IMG/VR virus record: IMGVR_UViG_3300045988_175829
Location: 1-33,350 of that record
DNA length: 33,350 nucleotides
Source: a virus
Strand: one strand, 5' to 3'
Shown: in pieces, positions 1 through 8,079 of the stretch
Position numbering within the stretch: position 1 is the first letter of the stretch
How the letters are laid out: each line of letters opens with the position of its first letter
Program-made: the position numbers and the translations under genes
The notes under the pieces: generated by a model
Told to the model about the DNA's origin: nothing
Databases searched by the model: none
Seen by the model: the letters and a program-made list of their open reading frames with translations, nothing else

Positions 1-99
1 ATTTTTTTCCCTACAAGCGATAGTTAATATAGTTCAAAAGGAGACCCAAAGATGCCCATCAACGTGGACCAGGCGGTGACCGCGTCGGTCATGGCGAAG
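1..99. repeat. Terminal direct duplication: bases 1-99 are identical to bases 33252-33350, indicating a circularly closed or terminally redundant contig.
   Basis: Direct comparison of the first and last 99 bases of the window shows they are identical, including the RBS and the start of the first gene. Confidence 0.95.
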
Positions 100-246
100 A
101 GGGTGGTGCGCGGGAACGCCACGGATGGCGAGATGGACTTCGTCCGGTGGTACGCATCGCTCGACATCCCGCAGTTTAACGAGGCTGAGGTCGACGGCGC
201 GCTGAGGTCTCTCGAATCCGAGGTGGCTGAACACCGGTCTAACTGA
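52..246 (+). CDS. Hypothetical early protein, 64 aa, the first gene downstream of the cro-like gene.
   Basis: ORF with a strong RBS AAAGGAG 8 nt upstream of the ATG. The gene spans the contig junction. Confidence 0.6.
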   Translation: MPINVDQAVTASVMAKRVVRGNATDGEMDFVRWYASLDIPQFNEAEVDGALRSLESEVAEHRSN

Positions 247-264
247 ATTCGAAAGGAGGAGCAC

Positions 265-504
265 ATGTCGGAGGAGAAGGCATCTCCGGGCATCCCTCCC
301 GGCAGCTGGCCCGTGCCCCTGGGCCTGCCGCTCTACGTGAGCGTGGAGCAGGCGGCGAAGCTCGCGGGGATAGCCCGCGACCGCATGTACGAGTACGTGA
401 GGAGCCGCGCCGACCCCATCCCGCAGATGCGGGTCGGGAGGTCGAAGACGCTCATAAGGACGTCCGCGATACCGGAGTACCTGAGGAGAAGTGAGACGGC
501 TTGA
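265..504 (+). CDS. Excisionase-family (MerR-like) HTH DNA-binding protein.
   Basis: 79-aa ORF with RBS GAAAGGAGG. The motif VSVEQAAKLAGIARDRMYEYV followed by IPQMRVGRSKTLIR is typical of the excisionase/HTH_17 fold. Confidence 0.6.
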   Translation: MSEEKASPGIPPGSWPVPLGLPLYVSVEQAAKLAGIARDRMYEYVRSRADPIPQMRVGRSKTLIRTSAIPEYLRRSETA

Positions 505-875
505 GGACATGGTCGACACGTGAGCTCAAGTACCTCGAAGAGCACGCGGGCGAAGGCGCCGGGGCGGTGGCCAAGGCGCTGGGACGATCGGTTGATTCGG
601 TCGAGTGGCAGGCAAGGCGATGCGGGGTCTCGCTCCGCAAGCGCCGTCAATGCCCCAACTGCGGCCGGTGGACGTTCAGGCCCCTCAACCGCATCAGCGG
701 CTGGTGCATCGAGTGCACGAAGGAGCTTCACATGGCAGACCTGGCCGAACAGGCCGTCGCGATGAGGGAGGAGGCGGCCAGAGAGAAGCGGAACGACCGC
801 GAGAGACAGCGCCACTACAGCGCGAAGAGCCGGGCCAAGAAAAAGAAAAATAGCCACGGAAAAAGCCACGGTTAA
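501..875 (+). CDS. Hypothetical zinc-ribbon protein (CPNCG...CIEC) with a lysine-rich tail; TTG start.
   Basis: 124-aa ORF overlapping the upstream stop by 4 nt. CxxC...CxxC motif present. The start codon is uncertain. Confidence 0.45.
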   Translation: MRTWSTRELKYLEEHAGEGAGAVAKALGRSVDSVEWQARRCGVSLRKRRQCPNCGRWTFRPLNRISGWCIECTKELHMADLAEQAVAMREEAAREKRNDRERQRHYSAKSRAKKKKNSHGKSHG

Positions 876-909
876 CCTGACCTGCGAAAACACCGAAAGG
901 AGAACGGAA

Positions 910-1185
910 ATGCAGACAAAAAAGAAAGCGAGCGCCCCCTGTTACCACGCTTCGGGCACCCGCTACGCAACAGCCTCGGAAGAGGCTGCGACCATCATAC
1001 CATTCGGGGGCGGGCGCCGGGCGGCGCAGCCCGAGCGCTCCCAGTTCAAGGCGGGCGTCACGGTCGGCTTCCTCGCGGCCATGATTATCTTTCTCGCCGT
1101 GCTCTGGCTGTGGGTCATCCCCACCATGGACGTCGCGGTGCATCAGGCGCAGCAGGCCGTGTCATACGGGACGGTGACTGCATGA
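910..1185 (+). CDS. Hypothetical membrane protein (C-terminal hydrophobic helix).
   Basis: 91-aa ORF with RBS GAAAGGAGAA. Hydrophobic segment VGFLAAMIIFLAVLWLWVI. Confidence 0.6.
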   Translation: MQTKKKASAPCYHASGTRYATASEEAATIIPFGGGRRAAQPERSQFKAGVTVGFLAAMIIFLAVLWLWVIPTMDVAVHQAQQAVSYGTVTA

Positions 1186-1517
1186 GGAAGATGGAGCAGC
1201 CGAGCAACCAGATGGCGCTCCCCGGTCTAGACCCCAAGGGCGAACAGCGCATGAAGGACGCGCGGCAGTGGGTGGCCCTCCATCCCGGCGAGTGGGGCGC
1301 GTACAAGGACATGGCCCGGCAGGAGTGCAAGCGCACCCACGACCGGAAGGCCAGCCCGAACCGATGCATCTACGGCGTGCGAATCCGCTTCGGCATCGAA
1401 CTGCCAAACCACCTCGCGCCGTACCTCGCACGCATCGCCATGGAGGAAGACCCCGAGATTCGCATGCGCGTGGCCCGGAGCGACGCCGACATGTACACGA
1501 CGGCGGTGCTGAGATGA
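1182..1517 (+). CDS. Hypothetical protein, 111 aa.
   Basis: ATG at 1182 overlaps the upstream stop (ATGA) and is in frame with track ORF 1110..1517. Translationally coupled gene chain. Confidence 0.55.
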   Translation: MRKMEQPSNQMALPGLDPKGEQRMKDARQWVALHPGEWGAYKDMARQECKRTHDRKASPNRCIYGVRIRFGIELPNHLAPYLARIAMEEDPEIRMRVARSDADMYTTAVLR

Positions 1518-1882
1518 GCGTGCAGGAGTTCGTCATTCCAGGCAGGCTCCCCGGCCTGAACGACTACACCGCGGCGTGCCGTGGGCGGGCCGTAGCGGGC
1601 GGCAGGATGAAGCACAAGGCGCAGGACTCCGTGAGGAGCGCCATCCGCGAGGCGGGCTTAAAACCAATGAAAGCCCCGGTAGACGTGCGCGTCACGTGGT
1701 ACGAGAAGAACCGCCGAAGGGACAAGGACAACATCCGTTTCGGCGTGAAGTTCATCTTGGACGCGCTTGTGGCGGAGCACGTAATCGAGAACGACAACTG
1801 GGAATGGGTGCGTGCGATCGCGGACGAGTACCGCGTGGACAAAGCGAACCCAAGGATTCATGTACTGATTGAAGAGAGGTAG
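1514..1882 (+). CDS. rusA: RusA-family Holliday-junction resolvase.
   Basis: 122-aa ORF starting at the ATGA overlap (MSVQEFVIPGRLPGLNDY...). Size and motifs (DxDN, NDNWEW) are characteristic of RusA endodeoxyribonuclease. Confidence 0.75.
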   Translation: MSVQEFVIPGRLPGLNDYTAACRGRAVAGGRMKHKAQDSVRSAIREAGLKPMKAPVDVRVTWYEKNRRRDKDNIRFGVKFILDALVAEHVIENDNWEWVRAIADEYRVDKANPRIHVLIEER

Positions 1883-1886
1883 AGAG

Positions 1887-2393
1887 ATGACGGAAGAGAT
1901 TCAGACCGTGGAGCCGTTGCAAGGCCGCGAGCGCCTTTACGTGGCGCAGGCCCTGTTCAAGGTCATGGGCGAGTACGTCTCCACCAAAGGGGACGGACTG
2001 CGCAGCGAGTGCGACCAGGAGCTTCTGGCGGCCTACGAGAGCGATGGCATCAAGAGCCTGGACGCGAAGGTCGCCGGGAAGAAGGTCGGCACGTACGGCG
2101 TGACCGTGGCCAAGGAGAAGACAACCACCGGGCTGCGCACCACCGACCTCGACGCCCTGACCGAGTGGGCGTGCGACCACGACCTCATGCGCGCCGAGCC
2201 GGACTACAAGCGCATCGAGGCGTACTTCATGGAGACGGGCGAGGTGCCCGACGGATGCGAGGCCTACACCGAGACGGTACCGGAGCACGCCAAGGGCACC
2301 GTCCTGCGCATCGACCCGCAGAAGGTGGCCGAGGCCCTGGGCGCTTCCCTCCCCTCCGCCGTGGCGGGGATGCTGACCGGGGAGGTGGAGTAG
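1887..2393 (+). CDS. Hypothetical phage protein, 168 aa.
   Basis: ATG at 1887 with RBS GAGAGGTAGAGAG, in frame with track ORF 1869..2393. Confidence 0.6.
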   Translation: MTEEIQTVEPLQGRERLYVAQALFKVMGEYVSTKGDGLRSECDQELLAAYESDGIKSLDAKVAGKKVGTYGVTVAKEKTTTGLRTTDLDALTEWACDHDLMRAEPDYKRIEAYFMETGEVPDGCEAYTETVPEHAKGTVLRIDPQKVAEALGASLPSAVAGMLTGEVE

Positions 2394-3083
2394 ATGGCCG
2401 AGAGGAAGCCGTTCGGAGACCGCCTCATCGAGGCCATGGGAGAGATGGCGAACCCCACCAAGAGCAACACCGCCACGGTGCCCACCAGGAACGGCGGCCA
2501 GTACCGCTACAACTACGAGAGCCTGGACCAGGTGCTTGCAGCGGTGCGCCAGCCGCTCATCGCACACGGCATCGGGCTTACCCAGCATGTGGCGTGGAAT
2601 GAGATCACGAACACCTACGTCCTGCGCACCATCGTATTCGACTCCACCGAGCGCCAGGTGCTCGACGAGCGACCCATGTACATGAGCGCGGACGCGCAGG
2701 CCTGCGGCAGCTTCGAGACGTACATGCGGCGCTACGCCCTCCGCAGCGCCTTCGGGCTGTGCGGCGAGGACGATGACGGGCAGGTCGCCACGAACATGGC
2801 CCGCTCCAAGGCCGCGCGGGCTACCGCACCGGGACAGCAGAAAGCGCCCGCCACAGCGCCCCACAGCGGCCCAGACCGCCAGAAGATGCTCGTCAAGTGC
2901 GCCAAGCTCGGCGCCGAGTTCATCGAGCTGGGCGGCACGGTCGGGAGCACGGAGAAGTACATGGCCGCGAGCTTCGGCACGGAGGACATGCAGGACCTCA
3001 CCGACGAGCAGATCATCCAGCTCGGACAGCACCTCAACGAGACCGTAGGCCAGCTCAAGGAGCAGAAGGGAAACCAGCAATGA
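2394..3083 (+). CDS. erf: ERF-family single-strand annealing protein (recombinase).
   Basis: 229-aa ORF with RBS GGAGGTGGAG. N-terminal motif YRYNYESLDQVLAAVRQPLIAHGIGL and overall architecture are typical of ERF. It sits adjacent to ssb and rusA. Confidence 0.75.
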   Translation: MAERKPFGDRLIEAMGEMANPTKSNTATVPTRNGGQYRYNYESLDQVLAAVRQPLIAHGIGLTQHVAWNEITNTYVLRTIVFDSTERQVLDERPMYMSADAQACGSFETYMRRYALRSAFGLCGEDDDGQVATNMARSKAARATAPGQQKAPATAPHSGPDRQKMLVKCAKLGAEFIELGGTVGSTEKYMAASFGTEDMQDLTDEQIIQLGQHLNETVGQLKEQKGNQQ

Positions 3084-3451
3084 GTATCAATCGATGCAAC
3101 ATCAGCGGCAACCTCACGCGCGACCCGGAGATGAGGGCGCTGCGCAACGGCACGCAGGTCCTGTCCTTCGGCGTGGCCGTGAACGACCGCCGAAAGAACC
3201 CGCAGACCGGCGATTGGGAGGACTACCCCAACTTCATCGACTGCACCATGTTCGGATCGCGCGCCGAGGCCGTGAGCCGCTATCTCGCCAAGGGCACGAA
3301 GGTTGCCATCGAGGGCAAGCTCCGTTACAGCTCGTGGGAGAAGGACGGGCAGCGCCGCAGCAAGCTCGAGGTCATCGTGGACGAGATCGAGCTCATGAGC
3401 CAGCGCCAGCAGGCCCCAGCCGACGTGTACGACGAAGACTGCCCGTTCTAG
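3080..3451 (+). CDS. ssb: Single-stranded DNA-binding protein (OB-fold SSB).
   Basis: ATG at 3080 overlaps the erf stop (ATGA). MSINRCNISGNLTRDPEMRALRNGTQVLSFGVAVN matches the canonical SSB N-terminus. 123 aa. Confidence 0.85.
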   Translation: MSINRCNISGNLTRDPEMRALRNGTQVLSFGVAVNDRRKNPQTGDWEDYPNFIDCTMFGSRAEAVSRYLAKGTKVAIEGKLRYSSWEKDGQRRSKLEVIVDEIELMSQRQQAPADVYDEDCPF

Positions 3452-3459
3452 GAGGAGCC

Positions 3460-4038
3460 ATGGGATTGAAATTCACGTGGTTCCCGAAGTTCACCGACAC
3501 GGTCGCCAAGGTGCCCGAGGGGCAGCGCGGCGCCCTCCTCTGGGCCTTGGTCCTCTACGGCACCTATGGCGAGGAGGCGGACCTGGGCTGGCCGCTGGAC
3601 GCGATATTCGAATCATTAAGGGATGACATCGACTGCTCAAAACGGGCCATCGAATCGGGCAAAAGGGGCGGTCGCGGCAACGCAAAGGCCCCTTTACAGA
3701 GCGATAAGACACCCTTTGCAGACGGCGAAAGCACCCTTTGCGACGGCGAAAACGGGGGTTCGGGAAAAGCCGAAGCCAATACAAGACAAGACAGTACAAG
3801 ACAAGACAAGACAAAGAGAGAGCGCTTCGCGCCCCCTTCCGTCGAGGAGGTCCGGGAGTACATCGCGGAGAAGGGCTACCGCTTCGACGCCGAGTCCTTC
3901 GTGGCCTTCTACGAATCGAAGGGCTGGAAGGTGGGGCGCGAGCCGATGAAGTCGTGGAAGGCCGCCTGCACGACGTGGGAGAAGCGGCGCGGCAAGGAGG
4001 AGGTGAGCGGCGATGCAAGCCCGTACTCAGACCTCTGA
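3460..4038 (+). CDS. Replisome organizer / DnaD-like replication initiation protein.
   Basis: ATG at 3460 with RBS GGAGGAG. The C-terminal motif FVAFYESKGWKVGREPMKSWKAACTTWEKRR is typical of phage DnaD-like replisome organizers. The gene is followed by a DnaC-like loader and contains iteron-like repeats. Confidence 0.65.
   Translation: MGLKFTWFPKFTDTVAKVPEGQRGALLWALVLYGTYGEEADLGWPLDAIFESLRDDIDCSKRAIESGKRGGRGNAKAPLQSDKTPFADGESTLCDGENGGSGKAEANTRQDSTRQDKTKRERFAPPSVEEVREYIAEKGYRFDAESFVAFYESKGWKVGREPMKSWKAACTTWEKRRGKEEVSGDASPYSDL
3691..3817. repeat. Cluster of direct repeats inside the replisome organizer gene: CCCTTTGC(A/G)GACGGCGAAA twice and TACAAGACAAGACA twice plus AAGACA units. This is a candidate replication origin (iterons).
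   Basis: Read directly: 3711-3731 and 3732-3754 repeat, and 3781-3794 and 3796-3809 repeat, followed by AGACAAAG. Confidence 0.5.
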
Positions 4039-4582
4039 GGAGGTCGAGGCCCTGCACAGGATCAGGGCGAGCCGCCTGCGCAAGGCGGGCCTCTTCGGCG
4101 CCTACGCCGAGGCTGACAGCCCGGAGGGGTGCGCCTGCTTCCAGCGCTACGCCAAGGGGCGCGGCTCCTACCTCTGGGGCACCTGCGGGACCGGGAAGAC
4201 CTATGCGGCGGCGTGCGCAGTGCGGATGGTCGCCCTGGACGGCGGGCGGGCCAAGCTCATGACCGCCAAGGCGCTGCTGGACGGCATCAAGGCCGAGTGG
4301 GACGGCGGCGAGAGGGGAACCCTCGAGCGCGCCGAGCGATACGACCTCCTCGCCCTGGACGATCTGGGCATGGAGCGGCCGACCGACTGGGCCAAGGAGA
4401 CCATCACCCGCCTCATCGACACCCGCACCATGAGGGGCCTGCCGACCATCATCACGAGCAACTACCGCCTGGGACAGCTCCGCGACATCTGGGGCGGCGT
4501 CGAGGGGGACCGGCTGGCCTCCCGAATCATGGGCGCCTGCGAGCGCGTGGAGATGTCGGGGCCGGACAGGAGGGCGCGATGA
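4013..4582 (+). CDS. DnaC/IstB-like AAA+ helicase loader ATPase.
   Basis: 189-aa ORF with RBS GGAGGAGG. Walker A GTCGTGKT and Walker B LLALDDLG are present. Confidence 0.8.
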   Translation: MQARTQTSEEVEALHRIRASRLRKAGLFGAYAEADSPEGCACFQRYAKGRGSYLWGTCGTGKTYAAACAVRMVALDGGRAKLMTAKALLDGIKAEWDGGERGTLERAERYDLLALDDLGMERPTDWAKETITRLIDTRTMRGLPTIITSNYRLGQLRDIWGGVEGDRLASRIMGACERVEMSGPDRRAR

Positions 4583-5034
4583 TTCTCGATGCTGGAATCC
4601 TGCGCGGCTACCCGAAGGAGCGCGCCGAGCTGTACGGCAAGCCCCACCTGGGAGCGCGCTACACTCACGGCAAGGCTTACGAGCCGCTCGCCCCCTACTG
4701 CTGCGTCTGCGGCAGGCGCGCCGGAAGCGTGCACCACGTGGCCCATCGCTCCTGGGGCGAGACGTTCCGCCTGGTGACCCCGCGCGGTACCTGGGACCTG
4801 CGAAGCCCGCTGTTCTGCCTGTGCGGCAGCGGCACCACCGGATGCCACGAGAAGTTCCACGGCGGGGCGCGGCTCAAGGCCGAGTGGAAGTGGCGCTCGA
4901 CGGTCTACGAGGAGGACTGGTGGTCCGGCGAGCTGCTGCAGACCTACGGGCCGCACAGCCCCGGCCTCTACGAATACGGATACTGGCTGGTCACGGACCG
5001 TGACGGCCACGAGATGATACGGGAAGGGATGTAA
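4579..5034 (+). CDS. Cys/His-rich protein with an HNH-like nuclease signature.
   Basis: ATG at 4579 overlaps the upstream stop. The motif CCVCGRRAGSVHHVAH...N...CLCGSGTTGCHEKFH resembles a CxxC-HH-N-CxxC-H HNH motif. Confidence 0.5.
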   Translation: MILDAGILRGYPKERAELYGKPHLGARYTHGKAYEPLAPYCCVCGRRAGSVHHVAHRSWGETFRLVTPRGTWDLRSPLFCLCGSGTTGCHEKFHGGARLKAEWKWRSTVYEEDWWSGELLQTYGPHSPGLYEYGYWLVTDRDGHEMIREGM

Positions 5035-5037
5035 CCG

Positions 5038-5424
5038 ATGGAGATCATGAACTGCGAGCAGTACGTGCTGGGCGAGCTCGAGGAGGCGCAAGCGGCCATC
5101 AACAAGCTGGAGCAGGAGAACGACCGTCTGCAAGCCCAGATTGAGATTCTGGAAGGCCAGCTCAACGCCAGAGACCCGCGCGAGGACGAGGTGAGGCGCT
5201 GGGGCCGAACGGAAATCGTCAAGAAGGTGGCGTACACCACGACGACAGCCGATGTCGGCGGGGAGACGAAGTCGTTCGAGGAGTGGTGCTTCGACGCAGT
5301 CTACAGGAACTACGTCCCCAATGGCTGGAAGCGCAAGGAATTCATCGACTACTTCGAGCCGGAGCTGCGCGAGTTCTACAACAAGCGCGTCAAGGAGCTG
5401 GAAGAGGCCGAGGAGGAGGACTAA
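5038..5424 (+). CDS. Hypothetical coiled-coil protein.
   Basis: 128-aa ORF with a leucine-heptad N-terminal and an acidic C-terminal tail. Confidence 0.55.
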   Translation: MEIMNCEQYVLGELEEAQAAINKLEQENDRLQAQIEILEGQLNARDPREDEVRRWGRTEIVKKVAYTTTTADVGGETKSFEEWCFDAVYRNYVPNGWKRKEFIDYFEPELREFYNKRVKELEEAEEED

Positions 5425-5585
5425 TGACCGAGGATGAACCGTTGCGCTGCCAGACGTGCGCGCACAACGTGCCGAGGGACAGACACGAGGACTTCGGGGA
5501 CGTGTGCGAGCGCTGGTGCGACAAGTGCAACAGGTGGCTTGCTTGGAGAGACGAGCCGCCCTGCGAGAAGGGGGAGCGGAAATGA
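5424..5585 (+). CDS. Small Cys-rich (zinc-ribbon-like) protein, 53 aa.
   Basis: ATG overlaps the upstream stop (ATGA). CQTC...CERWCDKC motifs present. Confidence 0.45.
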   Translation: MTEDEPLRCQTCAHNVPRDRHEDFGDVCERWCDKCNRWLAWRDEPPCEKGERK

Positions 5586-6019
5586 GTGAGAACAAGAAAC
5601 CAATCATCGGAATCGACCTGGGCATCGACCCCGAGTACCTGGAGGGCGTCATACGGCAGACTGTGAATGCCAGTATCGCCGAGGCGCTCGGGGGAAAGGA
5701 AGCCGTGGCGTCGGAGATAATCCACAGCGTGCTCACCACCGAGGTTGACGCGGATACCGGGCGTGTTCCTCGGTACAACACCACTAAGACGGTCTCAATC
5801 ATCGAATACTACACGCGACGGGTCATCCGTGAGCAAGCCCAGGAAATCTTGGAAGAGGTCGTGGAGGAGCAACGCGGGAATCTCAAGAAGGCTGTCAAGA
5901 AGGCTATCAGCGACGAAGCGACGCTCGGGAGGATGGCGGCGAGCTTCGTAGATTCGATGCTCGGCGAAACCAATTACTACCGGCCGCGCTTCGAGGTGAC
6001 GTTCGAGAAGAAGGACTAG
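5582..6019 (+). CDS. Hypothetical protein, 145 aa.
   Basis: ATG at 5582 overlaps the upstream stop (ATGA), in frame with track ORF 5456..6019. Confidence 0.55.
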   Translation: MSENKKPIIGIDLGIDPEYLEGVIRQTVNASIAEALGGKEAVASEIIHSVLTTEVDADTGRVPRYNTTKTVSIIEYYTRRVIREQAQEILEEVVEEQRGNLKKAVKKAISDEATLGRMAASFVDSMLGETNYYRPRFEVTFEKKD

Positions 6020-6021
6020 AA

Positions 6022-6396
6022 ATGAGAATCTTCATCAGCGGTCCGGTCTCCGGCATGCCCGCCAACAACGTGGCCGCGTTCGCCACGGCGGCGTACTGGT
6101 TGCGCCAAGCGGGCCATGAGGTTTACTCGCCCGTTGAGTCCGTCCCGGCGAAATGCACCCATGAGCAGGCCATGCTCATGTGCCTCCGGGAGCTTTCGCG
6201 TGGTGCCAGGGGGATTTATGACTGCCTGGACGAGTTTTCCTTCGAGCCATGGTACGACGCGATGGTACAGCTCGACGGCTGGGAGGATAGCGCTGGCGCT
6301 CAGCTTGAAGCCGAGGTCGCGGACGCGCTCGGAATAAAGCGGATGACCTTGTACGAGGTTCTTGAGAAATCCTCTCTACCAAGGGAGGGCGAATGA
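6022..6396 (+). CDS. DUF4406 / nucleoside 2-deoxyribosyltransferase-like protein.
   Basis: The N-terminal MRIFISGPVSGMP motif is typical of the DUF4406 and nucleoside deoxyribosyltransferase-like fold. 124 aa. Confidence 0.55.
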   Translation: MRIFISGPVSGMPANNVAAFATAAYWLRQAGHEVYSPVESVPAKCTHEQAMLMCLRELSRGARGIYDCLDEFSFEPWYDAMVQLDGWEDSAGAQLEAEVADALGIKRMTLYEVLEKSSLPREGE

Positions 6397-6620
6397 AGGC
6401 GCAATACTGGGACGAATCCACCCGCTCGTACCTGCCCGTAAAGGTGCCAGACGGCTGCACCACCTACGAGGTGGACGAAGAATCGATGGTCACATGCCCG
6501 GGCTGCGGCAGGAGGGTCATGTACGGCAATTGCTTCACGAGCAAGAGGTTCTACACGTCGGACGGCCTCTGGGCGTTCTCGGTGTGTCCTGTGTGCCACG
6601 GGAAGGAGTGGGGCAGATGA
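6393..6620 (+). CDS. Small zinc-ribbon protein (CPGCG...CPVCHG).
   Basis: 75-aa ORF coupled to the upstream gene (ATGA overlap). Two CxxC pairs. Confidence 0.5.
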   Translation: MKAQYWDESTRSYLPVKVPDGCTTYEVDEESMVTCPGCGRRVMYGNCFTSKRFYTSDGLWAFSVCPVCHGKEWGR

Positions 6621-6940
6621 GCATCGAATTACCGAAAGACGCAGAGGGGCGGGAAATCCCGTTAGATACCGAGGTTCTTTACACGTGTGACGGCAGCAAG
6701 TATAAGGTGGCTAAATGGGAGTTCTATCCAAATAAAGACACTAGTTGGCTAGTTTGTCTGGATGCAAATACCGAAGTATTCCGCGTCCCCGGATACATGT
6801 ACCTCACCCCGCCAGACAGCTGGGAGAAGCTGGAAGAGGACTTGGACAGGTGCATCGAAGCGGACTGCGTTTCTCTCGGCGTCTCACTGGTACTTGAGGA
6901 CATCAAGCAGCGAATTCGTAAGCTGAGGGGTGAGGACTGA
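6617..6940 (+). CDS. Hypothetical protein, 107 aa, in a locally lower-GC segment.
   Basis: ATG at 6617 overlaps the upstream stop. Local GC is visibly lower at 6700-6800. Confidence 0.5.
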   Translation: MSIELPKDAEGREIPLDTEVLYTCDGSKYKVAKWEFYPNKDTSWLVCLDANTEVFRVPGYMYLTPPDSWEKLEEDLDRCIEADCVSLGVSLVLEDIKQRIRKLRGED

Positions 6941-7263
6941 TGGAGCGTATTGACCTGTTCGCCGAATCACTGCCGCGCAACTGCCTGTACTGCGCCTATG
7001 GATACGTGGTTATCGATGAGCCGGATTTTTGTCTTATCGGTGACCATCTGGCGTGCATGGCACACGCCGCAGAAGGGGTTAAGAGCAAGAAGTTCGCGGA
7101 TGTGCCAAAGCCAAACAGAGATTTCCAGCGCGCGTTCTGCCCAATCATGAACTGGGACGAGACATGCGATCTGTTCAAGCCGCTCAAGTACGGCGGGCGA
7201 AAGTTCAGGATTCTCGATGATTACGGACTTTTCAGAAAATATTGGAGGGGTGAAGGCGAATGA
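6940..7263 (+). CDS. Hypothetical Cys-rich protein, 107 aa.
   Basis: ORF from the track, translationally coupled to its neighbours. Confidence 0.5.
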   Translation: MERIDLFAESLPRNCLYCAYGYVVIDEPDFCLIGDHLACMAHAAEGVKSKKFADVPKPNRDFQRAFCPIMNWDETCDLFKPLKYGGRKFRILDDYGLFRKYWRGEGE

Positions 7264-7625
7264 CGGCGACTAGCGACGAGCGCCGCGATATGGCGCGGAA
7301 GCTGCGCGAGCTGCCAATCGACATGTACGAGGTCGAGGAGAAGTGGGAATCGGAAGGTCTGAACACGGACTGCCACGACCAGACCGACTACTACCTGATC
7401 TACTTCGTCCTTTTCGGATGCCTCCCAGCAGACCATATGCACCTTTGCGATTATGAGGAATTGCATACACGCCTCGCCGACCTCATAGAGCCGGAACCTG
7501 AGAGGACGTGCCACCTCATCGAGGACGAAGATGGCCGCACGGCTTGCTCCGAGTGCGGATGCACTGCGCTGTATATGTCCAGCGCGACGTATTGCCCGGA
7601 CTGTGGCGCAAGGGTGGTGGGGTGA
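7260..7625 (+). CDS. Hypothetical protein with a C-terminal zinc ribbon (CSECGC...CPDCG).
   Basis: 121-aa ORF from the track with ATGA coupling. Confidence 0.5.
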   Translation: MTATSDERRDMARKLRELPIDMYEVEEKWESEGLNTDCHDQTDYYLIYFVLFGCLPADHMHLCDYEELHTRLADLIEPEPERTCHLIEDEDGRTACSECGCTALYMSSATYCPDCGARVVG

Positions 7626-7843
7626 TGTCCTGCGGGTTCTGCCAAGGATTAACGGCAGGCAATTGGAACGAGGAACTGCCGGGATACGATGACAGTGCAT
7701 ACGGCGAGGAGCTGTATTCGAGGATATACGGTGCTGACGGCACTCACCCATACATAGGCGTGTTCCAAAATGGGTCTAACAATGCCCTGTTTATCGATAT
7801 TAACTTCTGCCCCATCTGCGGGAGAAAGTTGGTGGACCGATGA
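7625..7843 (+). CDS. Small Cys-rich protein, 72 aa (CGFC...CPICG).
   Basis: ATG at 7625 overlaps the upstream stop (GTGATG), in frame with track ORF 7508..7843. Confidence 0.45.
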   Translation: MSCGFCQGLTAGNWNEELPGYDDSAYGEELYSRIYGADGTHPYIGVFQNGSNNALFIDINFCPICGRKLVDR

Positions 7844-8079
7844 ATAGCTACAGGCGCCGTTGCAGGGGATGCCGGTACATCCGCGACTGGCCTGAGAAGT
7901 CGGCGTACGAGTCCGACGCCTTGCCGTGCGAGGTGGCGGCGTACATGTGCGTCAACCCTGAACGAAGGAACCCGGTGAGGGTCGCGCCCGATGACGCCCC
8001 GTTCAACCCGTGCGCGAGCGAAGGGGCGCGGACCTGCCCGATGAAGGCGGATGGAATCACATTGGAGGTGGTCTCATGA
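7840..8079 (+). CDS. Small Cys-rich protein, 79 aa.
   Basis: ORF from the track with ATGA coupling. Contains the motif CRGCRY. Confidence 0.45.
   Translation: MNSYRRRCRGCRYIRDWPEKSAYESDALPCEVAAYMCVNPERRNPVRVAPDDAPFNPCASEGARTCPMKADGITLEVVS

Noticed and set aside
1752-3080. 442-aa minus-strand ORF antisense to the RusA, ERF and hypothetical genes.
   Set aside because: High GC leaves long stop-free antisense frames. It has no RBS. The protein is low complexity and rich in Arg, Ala, Gly and Leu. It completely overlaps well-supported + strand genes.
3094-3459. N-terminal extension of the replisome organizer ORF into the ssb gene.
   Set aside because: It overlaps ssb in another frame. The ATG at 3460 with RBS GGAGGAG directly follows the ssb stop.
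3781-3817. AAGACA-type short tandem repeats considered as a possible CRISPR or VNTR array.
   Set aside because: The units are too short and irregular, with no spacer architecture, and they lie inside a coding sequence. They are better explained as iterons or a low-complexity linker.
4462-5802. 446-aa minus-strand ORF antisense to the DnaC-like, HNH-like and coiled-coil genes.
   Set aside because: Same GC artefact. Composition is biased to Arg, Ala, Leu and Pro, and there is no start context.
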